Shown here: piece by piece, positions 18,501-29,944 of the stretch
How positions within the stretch are numbered: the first letter of the stretch is position 1
Layout: the number at the start of each line of letters is the position of its first letter
NCBI GenBank assembly: GCA_025358455.1
Contig: JANYJP010000052.1
Span: forward strand, 8,643 to 72,642
Direction: 5' to 3'
DNA length: 64,000 nucleotides
DNA from: Bacteroidales bacterium
GTDB taxonomy: Bacteria > Bacteroidota > Bacteroidia > Bacteroidales > VadinHA17
Translations under genes and position numbers: made by a program
The notes under the pieces: model-generated
The model's input: the letters and a program-made list of their open reading frames with translations, nothing else
Told to the model about the DNA's origin: nothing
Database searches by the model: none

Positions 18501-19850
18501 TTGAGAAAAATTAAATTAATCGACAATTATTCAGGACTTCAGCTTTTTCAGCTGATGAGGTTTATAATTTTCCTGATAATCAGTGTTGTTCTTACAAAAA
18601 GTCATCTTACCAGAGCTGATATAGGTCAGTGGGAGATGTTTCTGTTTATAGCCGGATTTCTCACATTTTTCTGGGTTACCGGTATAATCCAGGCCCTTCT
18701 TCCTCTCTACCACAGAAATATGACTTACCGGAAAATGGGTGATAATGGACCTGAAAAATCACCTGAAATATATAATACCTTTCTGCTTTTATGTTTTTTT
18801 AGTCTGCTTTTTTTCGCTTTCGGTCATTCAATAAAAGGTAATTTTTCTGTATTCCATAACACGGGTAATGTACCTTATATCAACCTTTTGCTGCTTTATA
18901 TACTTCTGAGCAGTCCGGTTTGTCTCATTGAATATATCTACCTTCTCAACAACAGATCGTACAGGATATTTCAGTATGGACTGTATACTTTCCTTGCCCA
19001 GCTGGTTATGATATTGGCACCGCTTTATTTTGGGAAAGACATTATCTGGTCAATATATGGGTTGATATTTATAAGTTGTGTCAGATGGGTTTGGCTTATT
19101 ATTTTGTTGCGGCGGTATACCCAGATGACTATTTCCTATGAGTTTATGAAAGAACATCTATACCTTGGACTGCCACTTATTTTGACCACACTTATCAGTG
19201 GCTCAGCTCAATATACAGATGGTATTATCGTTGCAGCTGTATTTCGGGACCCTGCAAAATTTGCTTTGTTCCGTTATGGGGCTAAAGAATTCCCTCTGGT
19301 ATTGATGCTTGCCAATGGATTGAGCAATGCTATGCTTCCCGAATTTTCCACCCGCACAAGGATGAAAGAGACGCTGGCAAAAATAAAAGCGAAATCAAAA
19401 AAACTGATGCATCTTTTATTTCCAACGACTATGGTGATTATGCTTTTTGCAAGGTGGTTCTATCCCAGACTTTTCAATTCTGATTTTGAGAAAAGCTCCG
19501 GAATCTTCCTGATATATGCATGTTTAATAATTCCAAGACTTGTATTTCCACAAACCATTTTAGTTGGAAGAAAAAAAACCAGGATTCCGCTTATTGCCGC
19601 TCTGCTTGAACTGGCGGTAAATATTCCTTTAAGTCTTTTAATGATCAAATGGGGTTACGGGTTGACTGGAATCGCCCTTGCAACTCTTGTTGTATATATT
19701 TTTAATAAAATTATCCTGGTAATGTATCTATGGTTTAAAATGAAGATAAAACCTTCAGAATATATTCCGCTGAAGATATATGCCGTATATTCGTTTCTGA
19801 TTGCTGTCCTGTTCATTCTTATTGACCACAAGATAATTGATATACATTAG
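18501..19850 (+). CDS. MOP-superfamily (Wzx/MATE-like) flippase
   Basis: About 12 TM segments, LGLPL...D..I....P..FA.FRYGAKE pattern; TTG start uncertain. Confidence 0.7.
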   Translation: MRKIKLIDNYSGLQLFQLMRFIIFLIISVVLTKSHLTRADIGQWEMFLFIAGFLTFFWVTGIIQALLPLYHRNMTYRKMGDNGPEKSPEIYNTFLLLCFFSLLFFAFGHSIKGNFSVFHNTGNVPYINLLLLYILLSSPVCLIEYIYLLNNRSYRIFQYGLYTFLAQLVMILAPLYFGKDIIWSIYGLIFISCVRWVWLIILLRRYTQMTISYEFMKEHLYLGLPLILTTLISGSAQYTDGIIVAAVFRDPAKFALFRYGAKEFPLVLMLANGLSNAMLPEFSTRTRMKETLAKIKAKSKKLMHLLFPTTMVIMLFARWFYPRLFNSDFEKSSGIFLIYACLIIPRLVFPQTILVGRKKTRIPLIAALLELAVNIPLSLLMIKWGYGLTGIALATLVVYIFNKIILVMYLWFKMKIKPSEYIPLKIYAVYSFLIAVLFILIDHKIIDIH

Positions 19851-19987
19851 GGTATCGGCGACAAGGCGGGTTCTCGTGCCTGATTCTTCAGCCTTCCGGA
19901 AGTAAAAATCTGACTATATTTGCATAGGTTAATCAAAGTAGTGACCGATAATAATGATAATAGGCTGTATTACAGATATTTAATTGC

Positions 19988-21214
19988 ATGCAGGTAATCG
20001 AAGTCAGGACTAATCAGGATAAAAAGGAATTTATAAATTTCCCGAAAGAATTATACAGAGGTGATCGTTATTGGGTTTGTCAGCTTGATTCGGAACTTGA
20101 ATCTGTTTTTGATCCTTCATTAAATCACACATTTTCTCACGGTGAAGCAATCAGATGGATTTTGAAAGATGATAACGGGTTTACTATAGGCAGATTAGCA
20201 GCATTCATCGACAGGATAAGATCTGCTGCAAATAACCAGCCTACAGGAGGGATGGGTTTTTTTGAGGTTACTGAGAGCCGGGAGGCTGCTTTCACATTGT
20301 TTAACACTGCAAAAGAATGGCTTAATGCACGTGGAATGCAGGCTATGGATGGCCCGATAAATTTTGGAGAAAATGATAATAACTGGGGTTTACTTGTAGA
20401 AGGTTTTGTTCAGCAGGGATTCGGAATACCATACCATAAAAAGTACTACAGGATTTTCTTTGAAGAGTATGGATTCAAAAACTATTTTGAGCAATACTCT
20501 TATCATCGTGAGGTAAGAGGGGCTGATAAAAAGATTGTTCAGTTTCCGGAACGCATAATGAAGATAGCGGAATGGCTGTCAGTACGACCAGGATATACCT
20601 TCCAGCATTTTGATTTCAGAAAAAAAGAAAAATTCGTGAAAGATATTGTGGAAGTCTATAACACAACCTGGTCGGTTTTCAAAGAAGATTTTACCCCTCT
20701 CGATCCAGTATTTCTTGAGGAATCGATTAAGAAGACAAAATCATTTGTTGATGAAGAACTTATCTGGTTTGCATATTATAATGATAAACCAATTGCATTC
20801 TTCATCCTTTATCCTGACCTGAATCAGATACTTAAGTATTTTGACGGGCGACTCACTCTTTGGAATATGGTAAGGTTTGTATATTTTAAAAAGACACATA
20901 AAATGACCAGGATGAGAGCTGTTGTCGGGGGCGTTCATCCTACATACCAGAACAGCGGGGTGGAATCGGCAATCTTTCTTCAGCTTTATAATGTACTTAA
21001 AAAGAAACCCTGGTTTAAAGAACTTGAATTATCGTGGGTCGGAGACTTCAATACAAAAATGATAGCAATCTATGAGGCTATCGGGGCAAAAAAGGTAAAA
21101 ACTCATGTAACTTACAGGTACTTCATTAATAATAAGCTGCCTTTTAAAAAATACAAAGATGAAATGGTTGAAAAACAAGTAGATAAGGGTGTCAATCCAT
21201 TACATGTTCAATAA
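19988..21214 (+). CDS. Tandem GNAT-fold (YghO-like) N-acyltransferase family protein
   Basis: FINFP..LY, GRLAAF, GFFE, MDGP, GVHPTYQNSG, ELSWV; function unknown. Confidence 0.65.
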   Translation: MQVIEVRTNQDKKEFINFPKELYRGDRYWVCQLDSELESVFDPSLNHTFSHGEAIRWILKDDNGFTIGRLAAFIDRIRSAANNQPTGGMGFFEVTESREAAFTLFNTAKEWLNARGMQAMDGPINFGENDNNWGLLVEGFVQQGFGIPYHKKYYRIFFEEYGFKNYFEQYSYHREVRGADKKIVQFPERIMKIAEWLSVRPGYTFQHFDFRKKEKFVKDIVEVYNTTWSVFKEDFTPLDPVFLEESIKKTKSFVDEELIWFAYYNDKPIAFFILYPDLNQILKYFDGRLTLWNMVRFVYFKKTHKMTRMRAVVGGVHPTYQNSGVESAIFLQLYNVLKKKPWFKELELSWVGDFNTKMIAIYEAIGAKKVKTHVTYRYFINNKLPFKKYKDEMVEKQVDKGVNPLHVQ

Positions 21215-21315
21215 TATCACAATTATTTTTGTATTTTGAATAATGTTAATTAATTTTGCAAACCCTAATTGGAGGGAATTTATAGTAGATTTATAAGGAC
21301 ATAAAATATAGAACA

Positions 21316-21579
21316 ATGAAAAATGGAATTCATCCGAGCAATTACAGATTTGTAGTATTTCAGGATATGTCGAACGGACAAGCCTTTCTGAGTAAATCAA
21401 CTGCACCATCCAGAGAGAACATTAAATGGGAGGATGGAAACGAATACCCTCTGATAAAACTTGAAATTTCAAATACATCTCATCCATTCTACACAGGTAA
21501 AATGAAGCTTGTTGATACTGCAGGTAGAGTAGATAAATATATGAACCGTTACAAGGATCATGTAGTTAAGAAGAAATAA
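21316..21579 (+). CDS. rpmE2: 50S ribosomal protein L31, type B
   Basis: [35 protein letters not shown]; no CxxC motifs. Confidence 0.96.
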   Translation: MKNGIHPSNYRFVVFQDMSNGQAFLSKSTAPSRENIKWEDGNEYPLIKLEISNTSHPFYTGKMKLVDTAGRVDKYMNRYKDHVVKKK

Positions 21580-21596
21580 ATCTGAATATATTTTCA

Positions 21597-21630
21597 ATAA
21601 AAAGCTTCCATTCGGGAGCTTTTTTTATTT
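21597..21630 (+). terminator. Intrinsic terminator after L31
   Basis: AAAAAGCTTCC-ATTC-GGGAGCTTTTTTT. Confidence 0.85.
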
Positions 21631-21642
21631 ATCTATTCTGGT

Positions 21643-21658
21643 TGGCACAATCATTGCA
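21643..21658 (+). promoter_or_regulatory. Sigma54-type -24/-12 promoter upstream of lon
   Basis: TGGCACA-ATCA-TTGCA matches TGGCACG-N4-TTGCW; a second, primary-sigma TAATTTTG lies at 21694-21701. Confidence 0.7.
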
Positions 21659-21712
21659 TAACACCCTTTCTGACCAATTGTAAAAATATTATGTAATTTT
21701 GGCACTCTTATT

Positions 21713-21800
21713 AAAAGACAAAAGGCAAAAGACAAAAGTCAGAGGCGTATAGCCGAAACCAGCCCCTCTTTGCAGAGAAGAGAGGGGCTGGGGGAGAGTT
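21713..21800. repeat. Heptamer array (AAAAGnC)x4 plus REP-like hairpin in the lon leader
   Basis: AAAAGAC AAAAGGC AAAAGAC AAAAGTC (21713-21740); CCAGCCCCTCT...AGAGGGGCTGG (21759-21791). Confidence 0.6.
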
Positions 21801-21843
21801 CATGAAGATATTAAAAGCAAATAAGCTAGGAGTAAATTACCAT

Positions 21844-24306
21844 ATGGAAAAGAAATTCAGGAAACCTGTCAGCGAGATATTCCTTCCGGATATTCTTGAT
21901 GGCGAGGGAGATATAATTCCGATAATTGCCGACGGAGATGATGGAGAACTTGAGGATGTTGATGTACCGGAAGCTATCCCAATACTCTCTCTGAGAAATA
22001 CTGTGTTATTTCCGGGTGTGGTTCTCCCAATTTCAATTGGTCGTCCAAAATCTATTCAACTTATAAAAGATGCATACCGTAATGACAAAATCGTTGGTAC
22101 GGTGGCACAGAAAGATCCGGACACTGAGAATCCGGAATATAAGGATCTTCATTCAATTGGCACTATAGGCCAGATAGTTAAGCTTCTCGAAATGCCCGAT
22201 GGATCTACAACGGCAATCATACAGGGACGCAAAAGGATGGTATTACAGGATCTTGTGTCAAACGATCCTTATTTCGTTGCCAGAATTAAAACACTGCCTG
22301 AATCAAAACCTGATATTTTAAGCAAGGATTTTGATGCTATCGTGGGATCACTTAAAGATCTGTCACTTAAGATTATAAAGATCAATCCGAATATTAGTCC
22401 TGAAGCTTCTTTTGCCATAAAGAATATTGAGAATAATACCTACCTTATAAATTTTATCTGCTCTAATACAGATATTAAGGTGCAGGATAAACAAAAACTC
22501 CTTGAAATGAATAGTCTCCGCGACAGGGGATTTATGCTTCTGGAGTTTCTTGTTCAGGAGATCCAGGTACTGGAATTAAAAAATGAATTGCAGTCAAAGG
22601 TCAAAAGCGACCTCGATCAGCAACAGCGTGAATTCCTTCTCCATCAGCAGATGAAGACCATCCAGAATGAACTGGGAGGTAACCCTGTTGAAAAGGAAAT
22701 TGAGGAGTACCTTAAAAAAGCTGAAACAAAAAAATGGAGCGATGATGTAAAAAAAGTATTTGATAAAGAACTTGATAAGCTTCATCGGCTTAACCCTGCT
22801 GCCGCTGAATATTCGGTGCAGGTAAATTATATTCAGACCCTGCTTGATCTTCCATGGAATTTTTATACCCAGGACAATCTTGATCTTAATAATGCACGGC
22901 GTGTACTCGATGGAGATCACTTTGGCCTTGATGAGGTTAAAGAGAGAATTCTTGAACACCTTGCTGTTCTTAAACTTAAAGGCGATCTTAAATCACCTAT
23001 TCTCTGCCTTTACGGCCCACCGGGAGTTGGAAAAACATCTCTTGGCAGATCAGTTGCTAAAGCCCTTGACAGAAAGTATGTCAGAATGTCACTTGGCGGT
23101 CTGCATGATGAGGCAGAAATAAGAGGACATAGAAAAACATATATAGGCGCTATGCCCGGACGAATAATTCAGAATCTGAAAAGAGCAGGCTCCTCAAACC
23201 CTGTTTTTATCCTGGATGAAATTGACAAAGTGGGACAGGATTTCAGAGGTGATCCCTCTTCTGCACTTTTGGAGGTACTTGATCCTGAACAGAACAGCAC
23301 TTTTTTCGACAATTTCCTCGAAATGGAATATGACCTGTCAAAAGTTCTGTTTATTGCCACCGCAAATAACCTGGCTACTATAAGTCCGGCTCTCAGAGAC
23401 AGAATGGAACTGATAGAAATTACCGGATACCTGGTTGAGGAAAAGCTTGAGATTGCAAAACAGCATCTGTTCCCAAAACAACTTGAAAACCATGGTGTAA
23501 GAAGCGATCAGATTACCATCGACAAAAAGGTAATGGAAGTTGTTATTGAAAAATATACAAGGGAATCGGGAGTCAGAGAATTGGATAAACGTCTGGCAAA
23601 AATTGTAAGGGTAGCTGCTAAGAATATTGCATCTGAGACAAAATATGATCCCGTACTTTCCCAAACAGTTCTTGGTGAGATACTTGGACCACCAAAATAT
23701 ACAAGAGACCTTTATTCGGGAAATGAACAGGCTGGTGTGGTCACAGGCCTTGCCTGGACAGTTGCGGGAGGAGAAATATTATTTGTGGAAACAAGTCTGA
23801 GCAAGGGAGTAGGTAAACTGACTCTTACAGGTAATCTTGGTGAGGTAATGAAAGAATCGGCCATTATTGCGCTTGAATATCTGAAATCGAACGCGGAAAT
23901 GCTTGATCTTCCGGATGATTTCTCAGAAAAATGGAATATCCATATACATGTTCCTGAAGGTGCTATCCCTAAAGACGGACCATCTGCCGGGGTGACAATG
24001 GCCACCTCCATAGCATCGGCGTTTACTCAGAGGAAAGTAAAAAAATACATGGCAATGACAGGTGAAATAACCTTAAGAGGGAAAGTACTTCCTGTTGGTG
24101 GTATAAAGGAAAAAATACTCGCGGCAAAACGTGCCAGTATTAAAGAAATTATTATTTCGGAGGATAACAGGAAGGATGTCGAAGATATCAAAGAAATATA
24201 TATACATGGATTAAGATTCCAATATGTCAAATCAATTATGGAAGTACTTGAATTGGCATTGCTCAAACAAAAGGTAAAGAATCCTAAAAAAATATCATTT
24301 GAATGA
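21844..24306 (+). CDS. lon: ATP-dependent Lon protease
   Basis: [10 protein letters not shown]-domain, [29 protein letters not shown] (Ser), GGIKEK (Lys); start probably 21844. Confidence 0.97.
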   Translation: MEKKFRKPVSEIFLPDILDGEGDIIPIIADGDDGELEDVDVPEAIPILSLRNTVLFPGVVLPISIGRPKSIQLIKDAYRNDKIVGTVAQKDPDTENPEYKDLHSIGTIGQIVKLLEMPDGSTTAIIQGRKRMVLQDLVSNDPYFVARIKTLPESKPDILSKDFDAIVGSLKDLSLKIIKINPNISPEASFAIKNIENNTYLINFICSNTDIKVQDKQKLLEMNSLRDRGFMLLEFLVQEIQVLELKNELQSKVKSDLDQQQREFLLHQQMKTIQNELGGNPVEKEIEEYLKKAETKKWSDDVKKVFDKELDKLHRLNPAAAEYSVQVNYIQTLLDLPWNFYTQDNLDLNNARRVLDGDHFGLDEVKERILEHLAVLKLKGDLKSPILCLYGPPGVGKTSLGRSVAKALDRKYVRMSLGGLHDEAEIRGHRKTYIGAMPGRIIQNLKRAGSSNPVFILDEIDKVGQDFRGDPSSALLEVLDPEQNSTFFDNFLEMEYDLSKVLFIATANNLATISPALRDRMELIEITGYLVEEKLEIAKQHLFPKQLENHGVRSDQITIDKKVMEVVIEKYTRESGVRELDKRLAKIVRVAAKNIASETKYDPVLSQTVLGEILGPPKYTRDLYSGNEQAGVVTGLAWTVAGGEILFVETSLSKGVGKLTLTGNLGEVMKESAIIALEYLKSNAEMLDLPDDFSEKWNIHIHVPEGAIPKDGPSAGVTMATSIASAFTQRKVKKYMAMTGEITLRGKVLPVGGIKEKILAAKRASIKEIIISEDNRKDVEDIKEIYIHGLRFQYVKSIMEVLELALLKQKVKNPKKISFE

Positions 24307-24800
24307 AGAAAATAGCTGTTTTCCCAGGATCATTTGACCCATTCACCATCGGACACGAAGCAATTGTAAGAAGAGCACTGAGCCTGTTTGATGAGATAAT
24401 TATAGCAGTGGGAGCTAATACTTTAAAAAAGAGCTTTTATCCCCTTGATACAAGGAAAGAGATGATTGGCAAAGCTTTCAAAGATGAGCCCAGGGTAATA
24501 GTAGATCATTATACAGGACTTACTGTTGATTTTTGCAAATTAAAGGGGGCGGGTTATCTTCTCCGCGGACTCAGAACATCTGCTGATTTTGAATTTGAAA
24601 GGGCTATCGGCCAGGTTAACAAATCGATGGCGCCGGAGATCGAATCTGTTTTTCTTCTTACAGCACCTGATCATTCATTTATAAACTCCACAATTGTGCG
24701 AGATATCATAATGAATGGAGGCGATGCTTCCAGGTTTGTGCCTGAAGGAATCAATATCAAAGATTATAAAGGAACTGAGGACCTGAGCTTCAAACTTTAA
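24303..24800 (+). CDS. coaD: Phosphopantetheine adenylyltransferase
   Basis: FPGSFDPFTIGH, LLRGLR..DFEFE. Confidence 0.97.
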   Translation: MKKIAVFPGSFDPFTIGHEAIVRRALSLFDEIIIAVGANTLKKSFYPLDTRKEMIGKAFKDEPRVIVDHYTGLTVDFCKLKGAGYLLRGLRTSADFEFERAIGQVNKSMAPEIESVFLLTAPDHSFINSTIVRDIIMNGGDASRFVPEGINIKDYKGTEDLSFKL

Positions 24801-25407
24801 GGACTGAACAATTAATAAGATCCATCAGGGACAGCCACGCGCTGCTTTTAATAGAATTTAATTCATCAGGGAAAAGCCATTCCACTTTCGTTATACCTTC
24901 TTCTGTCTGTGGTTCCATAATCATTTCCCCGTTATATGTCATCAGATACCAGTGTGTCATTTTAAGGTACGATATGCCTTCCCAACTGTATGTATGATAA
25001 CTTGGGCATATTGTTTTGACAATTGAATGCCCTGTAATTCCTGTCTCCTCACATACTTCTCTTAGAGCACAGGATTGTGGTTCTTCGCCTTCCTCTATAT
25101 GCCCCTTCGGCAGATCCAGCTTCCCTTTTTTTTCAATAAAAAGATACCTTCCTGATGTATGCCTGACCAACCCCCCTGCAGCACCAACTTCAGTAAAATA
25201 AATTCTGAAGATCTTCCAGAGATGTTTTATGTCAGTACCAAAAACATTTATTGAAGAAAGGCTTTTATCTGACTGGAAATTTGTTATTATTTTATAAAGT
25301 TCCTTTGTATCATAGAATTTATGGAATAAGCCGTATTTTTGTAACCTGTCAGGTTCAGGGCTTACCATTATGAATCTGTTTTCGAAATGAACTTTATAAG
25401 TTTCCAT
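24790..25407 (-). CDS. NUDIX hydrolase
   Basis: Nudix box LPKGHIEEGEEPQSCALREVCEETG. Confidence 0.9.
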   Translation of the reverse strand: METYKVHFENRFIMVSPEPDRLQKYGLFHKFYDTKELYKIITNFQSDKSLSSINVFGTDIKHLWKIFRIYFTEVGAAGGLVRHTSGRYLFIEKKGKLDLPKGHIEEGEEPQSCALREVCEETGITGHSIVKTICPSYHTYSWEGISYLKMTHWYLMTYNGEMIMEPQTEEGITKVEWLFPDELNSIKSSAWLSLMDLINCSVLKV

Positions 25408-26046
25408 ATGGAGAATAATGCAATAAAAACAGCTGAATTTCTTTTACAAATTAACGCAATTAAATTGCAACCGTCAAATCCATTTACATGGGCCTCGGGA
25501 TGGAAGTCACCGATTTATTGTGATAATCGCAAAACACTTTCATTTCCGGAAGTAAGATCATTTATCAGGGATTCATTCGCATTTATGATAAATGAACTCT
25601 ATCCCCAGGCAGATTTGATTGCCGGTGTTGCAACAGGTGCAATTGCACACGGAGCTCTTGCTGCTGATAAACTTGGATTGCCATTTATTTATGTAAGGTC
25701 AGGGGCGAAGGAACATGGTCTGGGAAACCAGATTGAAGGTTATTTTAAACCGGGTCAGAAAGTAGTGGTCATTGAGGATCTGATATCTACAGGTGGTAGT
25801 AGTCTGAGTGCTGTAAAGGCTTTAAGGGAAGCTGGTTGTACTGTTCTTGGAATGGTTGCCATATTTTCATACGAATTTAAAAAAGCTACAGATGCATTCT
25901 CCTCTGAAAATTGCGCATTGAATACACTGAGCAATTACAGTGTACTTATCGATACGGCTGTTAAAACTGGGTACATAGGGCAGGCTGAGGTGGATACATT
26001 AAAGAAATGGAGGGTTGATCCGGCAAATTGGGGGGTGCAAGGATAA
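25408..26046 (+). CDS. pyrE: Orotate phosphoribosyltransferase
   Basis: FTWASGWKSPIYCDNR, KEHG, VVIEDLISTGGS PRPP motif; start probably 25408. Confidence 0.96.
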   Translation: MENNAIKTAEFLLQINAIKLQPSNPFTWASGWKSPIYCDNRKTLSFPEVRSFIRDSFAFMINELYPQADLIAGVATGAIAHGALAADKLGLPFIYVRSGAKEHGLGNQIEGYFKPGQKVVVIEDLISTGGSSLSAVKALREAGCTVLGMVAIFSYEFKKATDAFSSENCALNTLSNYSVLIDTAVKTGYIGQAEVDTLKKWRVDPANWGVQG

Positions 26047-26081
26047 AAAGGAATTATTATTAAGAAGATAATATATTCAAT

Positions 26082-26513
26082 ATGAGTAATATATCCCATT
26101 TTGAGAGCAGGTCAGGAAGTATTACCTGCACAGCGGAGAAGGTATTTCCCTTTGTAACAAATATTAGAAATTTTGAAAGATTTATACCTGACGGGACTAT
26201 TAAGAACTGGCAGGCAGAAAGAGAATCGTGCACTTTCAGCGTATCAATGCTGGGAAGTGTCAGTCTCCGGGTAAGTCAAAAAGAAAAGTTTAATAAAGTT
26301 GTTTATAACGGTGATGCTCTGAAGAAAAATGACTTTGAACTTGTTCTTCACATTACAGACAATAATAATGCCCCTGCAGAAGTAAAGGTTGAACTAAATG
26401 CAGATCTTAATCCTATGATGAAAATGATAGCTGTTAAACCTATAAGACAGTTTCTGGAAATGTTAATAATTGAAATGGAAAAATTCAGAGATTGGGAAGA
26501 AACTAAAGAATAA
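26082..26513 (+). CDS. SRPBCC-like protein
   Basis: VF.FV.N.RNFERFIP and LNPMMKMIA.KP pattern; typical Bacteroidota pyrE neighbour. Confidence 0.7.
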   Translation: MSNISHFESRSGSITCTAEKVFPFVTNIRNFERFIPDGTIKNWQAERESCTFSVSMLGSVSLRVSQKEKFNKVVYNGDALKKNDFELVLHITDNNNAPAEVKVELNADLNPMMKMIAVKPIRQFLEMLIIEMEKFRDWEETKE

Positions 26514-27243
26514 ATTCAATCTCCTTAAAGGAATACTCACTCTTAACACCGGACTTTCTTTCAATCTGCAGCCTGCCATTATCTGTTACAGTTAATATCT
26601 TCCCTGAGTACACGCCATCCGTATCTCTGAAATTAAACCATTCATTCAGCCGATATAGTCTTGAAAGATAATCAGTCCTGATTAAATCAAAACACCCGGT
26701 TATAACTTGTTTATATCGATTATCCAGATCCGATGACAGCTGATTAAGGCAGACGGTAAGGTCATAAACCGTTCCGGTTAATAATTTCAAGGAAACCGGA
26801 TTAGGAGCATCACTTAAAAACCTGTCCTGGTTTACATTAAGTCCGATTCCCGTAATTGAATATTCAATCTGGTAACCCATGATGGAGTTTTCAATTAAAA
26901 TACCTGCTATTTTGTCATTGTTTACATAAATGTCATTGGGCCATTTTATTGAACATGTGCGGATATATCTGTTTAAAAAATCGCAAATTCCAAGAGACAT
27001 TGCCATAGAAATACTAAACTGATCGGAAGGACTGATCATTGAAGGCAAAAGTACAATGCTGATTAGCAAGTTCTTGCCATCTTCACTTTCCCAACTGTTC
27101 CCCTGATGTCCTTTTCCTGATGATTGGTAATTGGTATGGATAATTGTTCCTTCTTCGGGGATCTGGTTTTTCAAAAGCTGGCCTGCATATGTATTTGTCG
27201 ATGGCAGATTCCTAACAAAAATTAAATTTGAACCTATTATCAT
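26503..27243 (-). CDS. birA: Biotin--protein ligase (no HTH)
   Basis: STN, Q.SGKG.QGNSW.S, IKWPNDI...KIAGILIE; start moved to 27243. Confidence 0.93.
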   Translation of the reverse strand: MIIGSNLIFVRNLPSTNTYAGQLLKNQIPEEGTIIHTNYQSSGKGHQGNSWESEDGKNLLISIVLLPSMISPSDQFSISMAMSLGICDFLNRYIRTCSIKWPNDIYVNNDKIAGILIENSIMGYQIEYSITGIGLNVNQDRFLSDAPNPVSLKLLTGTVYDLTVCLNQLSSDLDNRYKQVITGCFDLIRTDYLSRLYRLNEWFNFRDTDGVYSGKILTVTDNGRLQIERKSGVKSEYSFKEIEFIL

Positions 27244-27399
27244 GATTGACAATAATATAGCTAATTGTATTCCATTTTTCCCATTGGTTTTTTCATTGTC
27301 GTTAAAGTTGGCATTGAAATTGCAAAAGGGGAATACGATAACAAAAATACAGATAAAAGTGGTACTTTTGCGACTTAATATCAAACTGATAAATTATTG

Positions 27400-27774
27400 A
27401 TGAAGAAGAAATCCGATGGAGCTGAAGTCCTTTTAGGGAACATAATAAAAGGTATATTTGAAAAGAAAGGGCAGAATGTTCTTAAAATTGATTTGAGAAA
27501 ACTTGAAAACAGAATTACAGATTATTTTGTTATATGTCATGCAGCTTCCGGAACACAGGTAAGTGCAATTTGCGATTCAGTTGAAGATACGGTGAGAAAA
27601 GAAACAGGAGAAAAGCCCTTGCATGTAGAGGGGCTTGACAATAGTTTCTGGGTTCTTTTGGATTATGGAAACGTAATCGTTCATATCTTCCTTGAAGAGT
27701 ATAGAAATTTTTACAGTCTGGAGTCACTCTGGTCAGATGCGGCAATTGAAGCCTTAGAAGATAAAATACAGTAA
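27400..27774 (+). CDS. rsfS: Ribosome silencing factor
   Basis: EKKG, DYFVIC, WVLLDYGNVIVHIF...R.FY.LE.LW. Confidence 0.96.
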   Translation: MKKKSDGAEVLLGNIIKGIFEKKGQNVLKIDLRKLENRITDYFVICHAASGTQVSAICDSVEDTVRKETGEKPLHVEGLDNSFWVLLDYGNVIVHIFLEEYRNFYSLESLWSDAAIEALEDKIQ

Positions 27775-27785
27775 GTTAAATATTT

Positions 27786-29933
27786 ATGGCAGAAAATACT
27801 AGTGAAAATCAGGGATCTGAGAAAAAACCCGATAAAATTCTAAAACCACGTTTTAATACCAATTGGATTTTTGCGATCCTGGCAGTTTCCGTAATTCTTT
27901 TTCAGTTATTTTATGGTGGGAAACCATCAGAAAAAGCCACTAAAAATGAAATAAAGGATATGATCACAAACCGCGACATTGATAAAATCGTGGTGGTCAA
28001 TAAGGAACAGGCAGAGATTTATCTTAAAAAAGAAGCTCTTGAGTCAGGAAGATATCCCAAACTACCAAAACAAGGGACAGGATTTGGTATTTCGGCACCA
28101 AAACCGAATTACACATATAATATAGGTGATGCAAGCAGTTTTGAACCTTTCATTCTGGAAGCTCAGAAAAGTGCAGGATATACTGATAAAGAACTTATTT
28201 ATCCGGATAATATTACGCGCAAAAACTATCTTATTGATGTACTTTCATGGTTACTGTTACCAGCGCTTTTAATAATCTTCTGGCTGTTTATGATGAAACG
28301 GATGTCAGGAGGTGGAGCAGGTGGTGCCGGAGGTATTTTCAGTGTTGGTAAGTCACGGGCCCAGATCTTTGACAAGGATACCAATGTAAAACTGAATTTC
28401 AGTGATGTGGCCGGACTGGAAGAAGCCAAGACTGAGGTTATGGAAATTGTTGATTTTCTTAAGAACCCCAAAAAATATACCCAGTTGGGAGGTAAAATTC
28501 CAAAAGGCGCTTTGCTTATAGGACCTCCCGGAACAGGAAAAACGATGCTTGCTAAAGCTGTTGCAGGTGAGGCAAATGTACCTTTCTTCTCTATTTCCGG
28601 ATCCGACTTTGTTGAAATGTTTGTGGGGGTAGGTGCTTCAAGGGTGAGAGATCTTTTCAAACAGGCTAAAGAAAAAGCCCCGTGTATTGTTTTTATTGAT
28701 GAGATAGATGCAGTCGGCCGGGCAAGGGGACGAAATGCAAATTTCGGTTCAAATGATGAAAGAGAGAATACGCTTAACCAGTTACTTACCGAAATGGACG
28801 GTTTTGGGACAAATATGGGTGTGATTATTCTTGCTGCCACCAACAGGGCTGATATTCTTGACAGGGCTCTTATGCGCGCAGGCAGGTTTGACCGACAGAT
28901 TCATGTTGAACTTCCTGATATTGTCGAGAGGGAAGCAATATTTAAGGTTCATCTTCGTCCGATAAAACTTGAAAAGAATTTTGATGTAGCCATTATGGCT
29001 AAGCAAACACCAGGGTTTTCGGGTGCTGATATTGCTAATGTATGTAACGAAGCGGCCCTGATAGCTGCAAGGAAAAATAAAACTGTTGTTGAAAAGCAGG
29101 ATTTTCTCGATGCTGTCGACCGTATCGTTGGTGGACTGGAGAGGAAGACAAAGATCATATCAGCCGGAGAAAAAAAGGCAATTGCGTATCACGAAGCAGG
29201 CCACGCTACTGTAAGCTGGTTACTCGAATATGCAAGCCCGCTTTTGAAAGTGACTATTATCCCTCGTGGACGGGCACTGGGAGCTGCATGGTATCTTCCG
29301 GAAGAAAGACAGCTTACTACACGCGAACAAATTATGGATGAATTGGCTTATGCACTGGGTGGCAGAGCTTCTGAAGAACTTGTTTTCGGGAAAATTTCAA
29401 CAGGGGCTTTAAGTGATCTTGAAAAGATTACCAAACAGGCTTATGCAATGGTCTCATTTTTTGGAATGAGCGATAAAGTGGGGAACGTTAGTTTTTATGA
29501 TTCATCAGGGCAGACTGATTTCGGATTTACCAAGCCATACAGCGAAAAGACAGCAGAACTTATTGACCAGGAGGTTAACCTGATAATTGCAGAATCATAT
29601 ATAAGGGCAAAGGAAGTTCTTAAAAGTAATATGAAGGGACTTACTGAGCTTGCAGAACTGCTGCTCGATAAAGAGGTAATTTTCAGCGAAGATCTCGAGA
29701 GAATCTTTGGTAAGAGAAAAGCCGATGTGTTGAAGGAAGAAAGGGAAGCTGAAGCAAAAAGCAAGGCACTGGCAGAATCCGCTGAACCAGTTAAAGAAGT
29801 TAAAAAGAGGAAAAAATCCGGCAAGTCACTTACCGCGAAGGCAAAAAGCAAATCAGATAATACTGAAACTGCCGCAAAAAATGTGACTTCAAAAAAAACT
29901 GTCAAAAAGTCAAAGTCAAAAGGTAAAGAATAA
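27786..29933 (+). CDS. ftsH: ATP-dependent zinc metalloprotease FtsH
   Basis: Two TM helices, [30 protein letters not shown]. Confidence 0.98.
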   Translation: MAENTSENQGSEKKPDKILKPRFNTNWIFAILAVSVILFQLFYGGKPSEKATKNEIKDMITNRDIDKIVVVNKEQAEIYLKKEALESGRYPKLPKQGTGFGISAPKPNYTYNIGDASSFEPFILEAQKSAGYTDKELIYPDNITRKNYLIDVLSWLLLPALLIIFWLFMMKRMSGGGAGGAGGIFSVGKSRAQIFDKDTNVKLNFSDVAGLEEAKTEVMEIVDFLKNPKKYTQLGGKIPKGALLIGPPGTGKTMLAKAVAGEANVPFFSISGSDFVEMFVGVGASRVRDLFKQAKEKAPCIVFIDEIDAVGRARGRNANFGSNDERENTLNQLLTEMDGFGTNMGVIILAATNRADILDRALMRAGRFDRQIHVELPDIVEREAIFKVHLRPIKLEKNFDVAIMAKQTPGFSGADIANVCNEAALIAARKNKTVVEKQDFLDAVDRIVGGLERKTKIISAGEKKAIAYHEAGHATVSWLLEYASPLLKVTIIPRGRALGAAWYLPEERQLTTREQIMDELAYALGGRASEELVFGKISTGALSDLEKITKQAYAMVSFFGMSDKVGNVSFYDSSGQTDFGFTKPYSEKTAELIDQEVNLIIAESYIRAKEVLKSNMKGLTELAELLLDKEVIFSEDLERIFGKRKADVLKEEREAEAKSKALAESAEPVKEVKKRKKSGKSLTAKAKSKSDNTETAAKNVTSKKTVKKSKSKGKE

Positions 29934-29944
29934 TAAACTGAATT

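Noticed and set aside
21699-21725. CIRCE element upstream of lon (TTGGCACTC), and GAGTGTTGA upstream of grpE
   Set aside because: Only half-sites; no matching arm at the 9-bp spacing.
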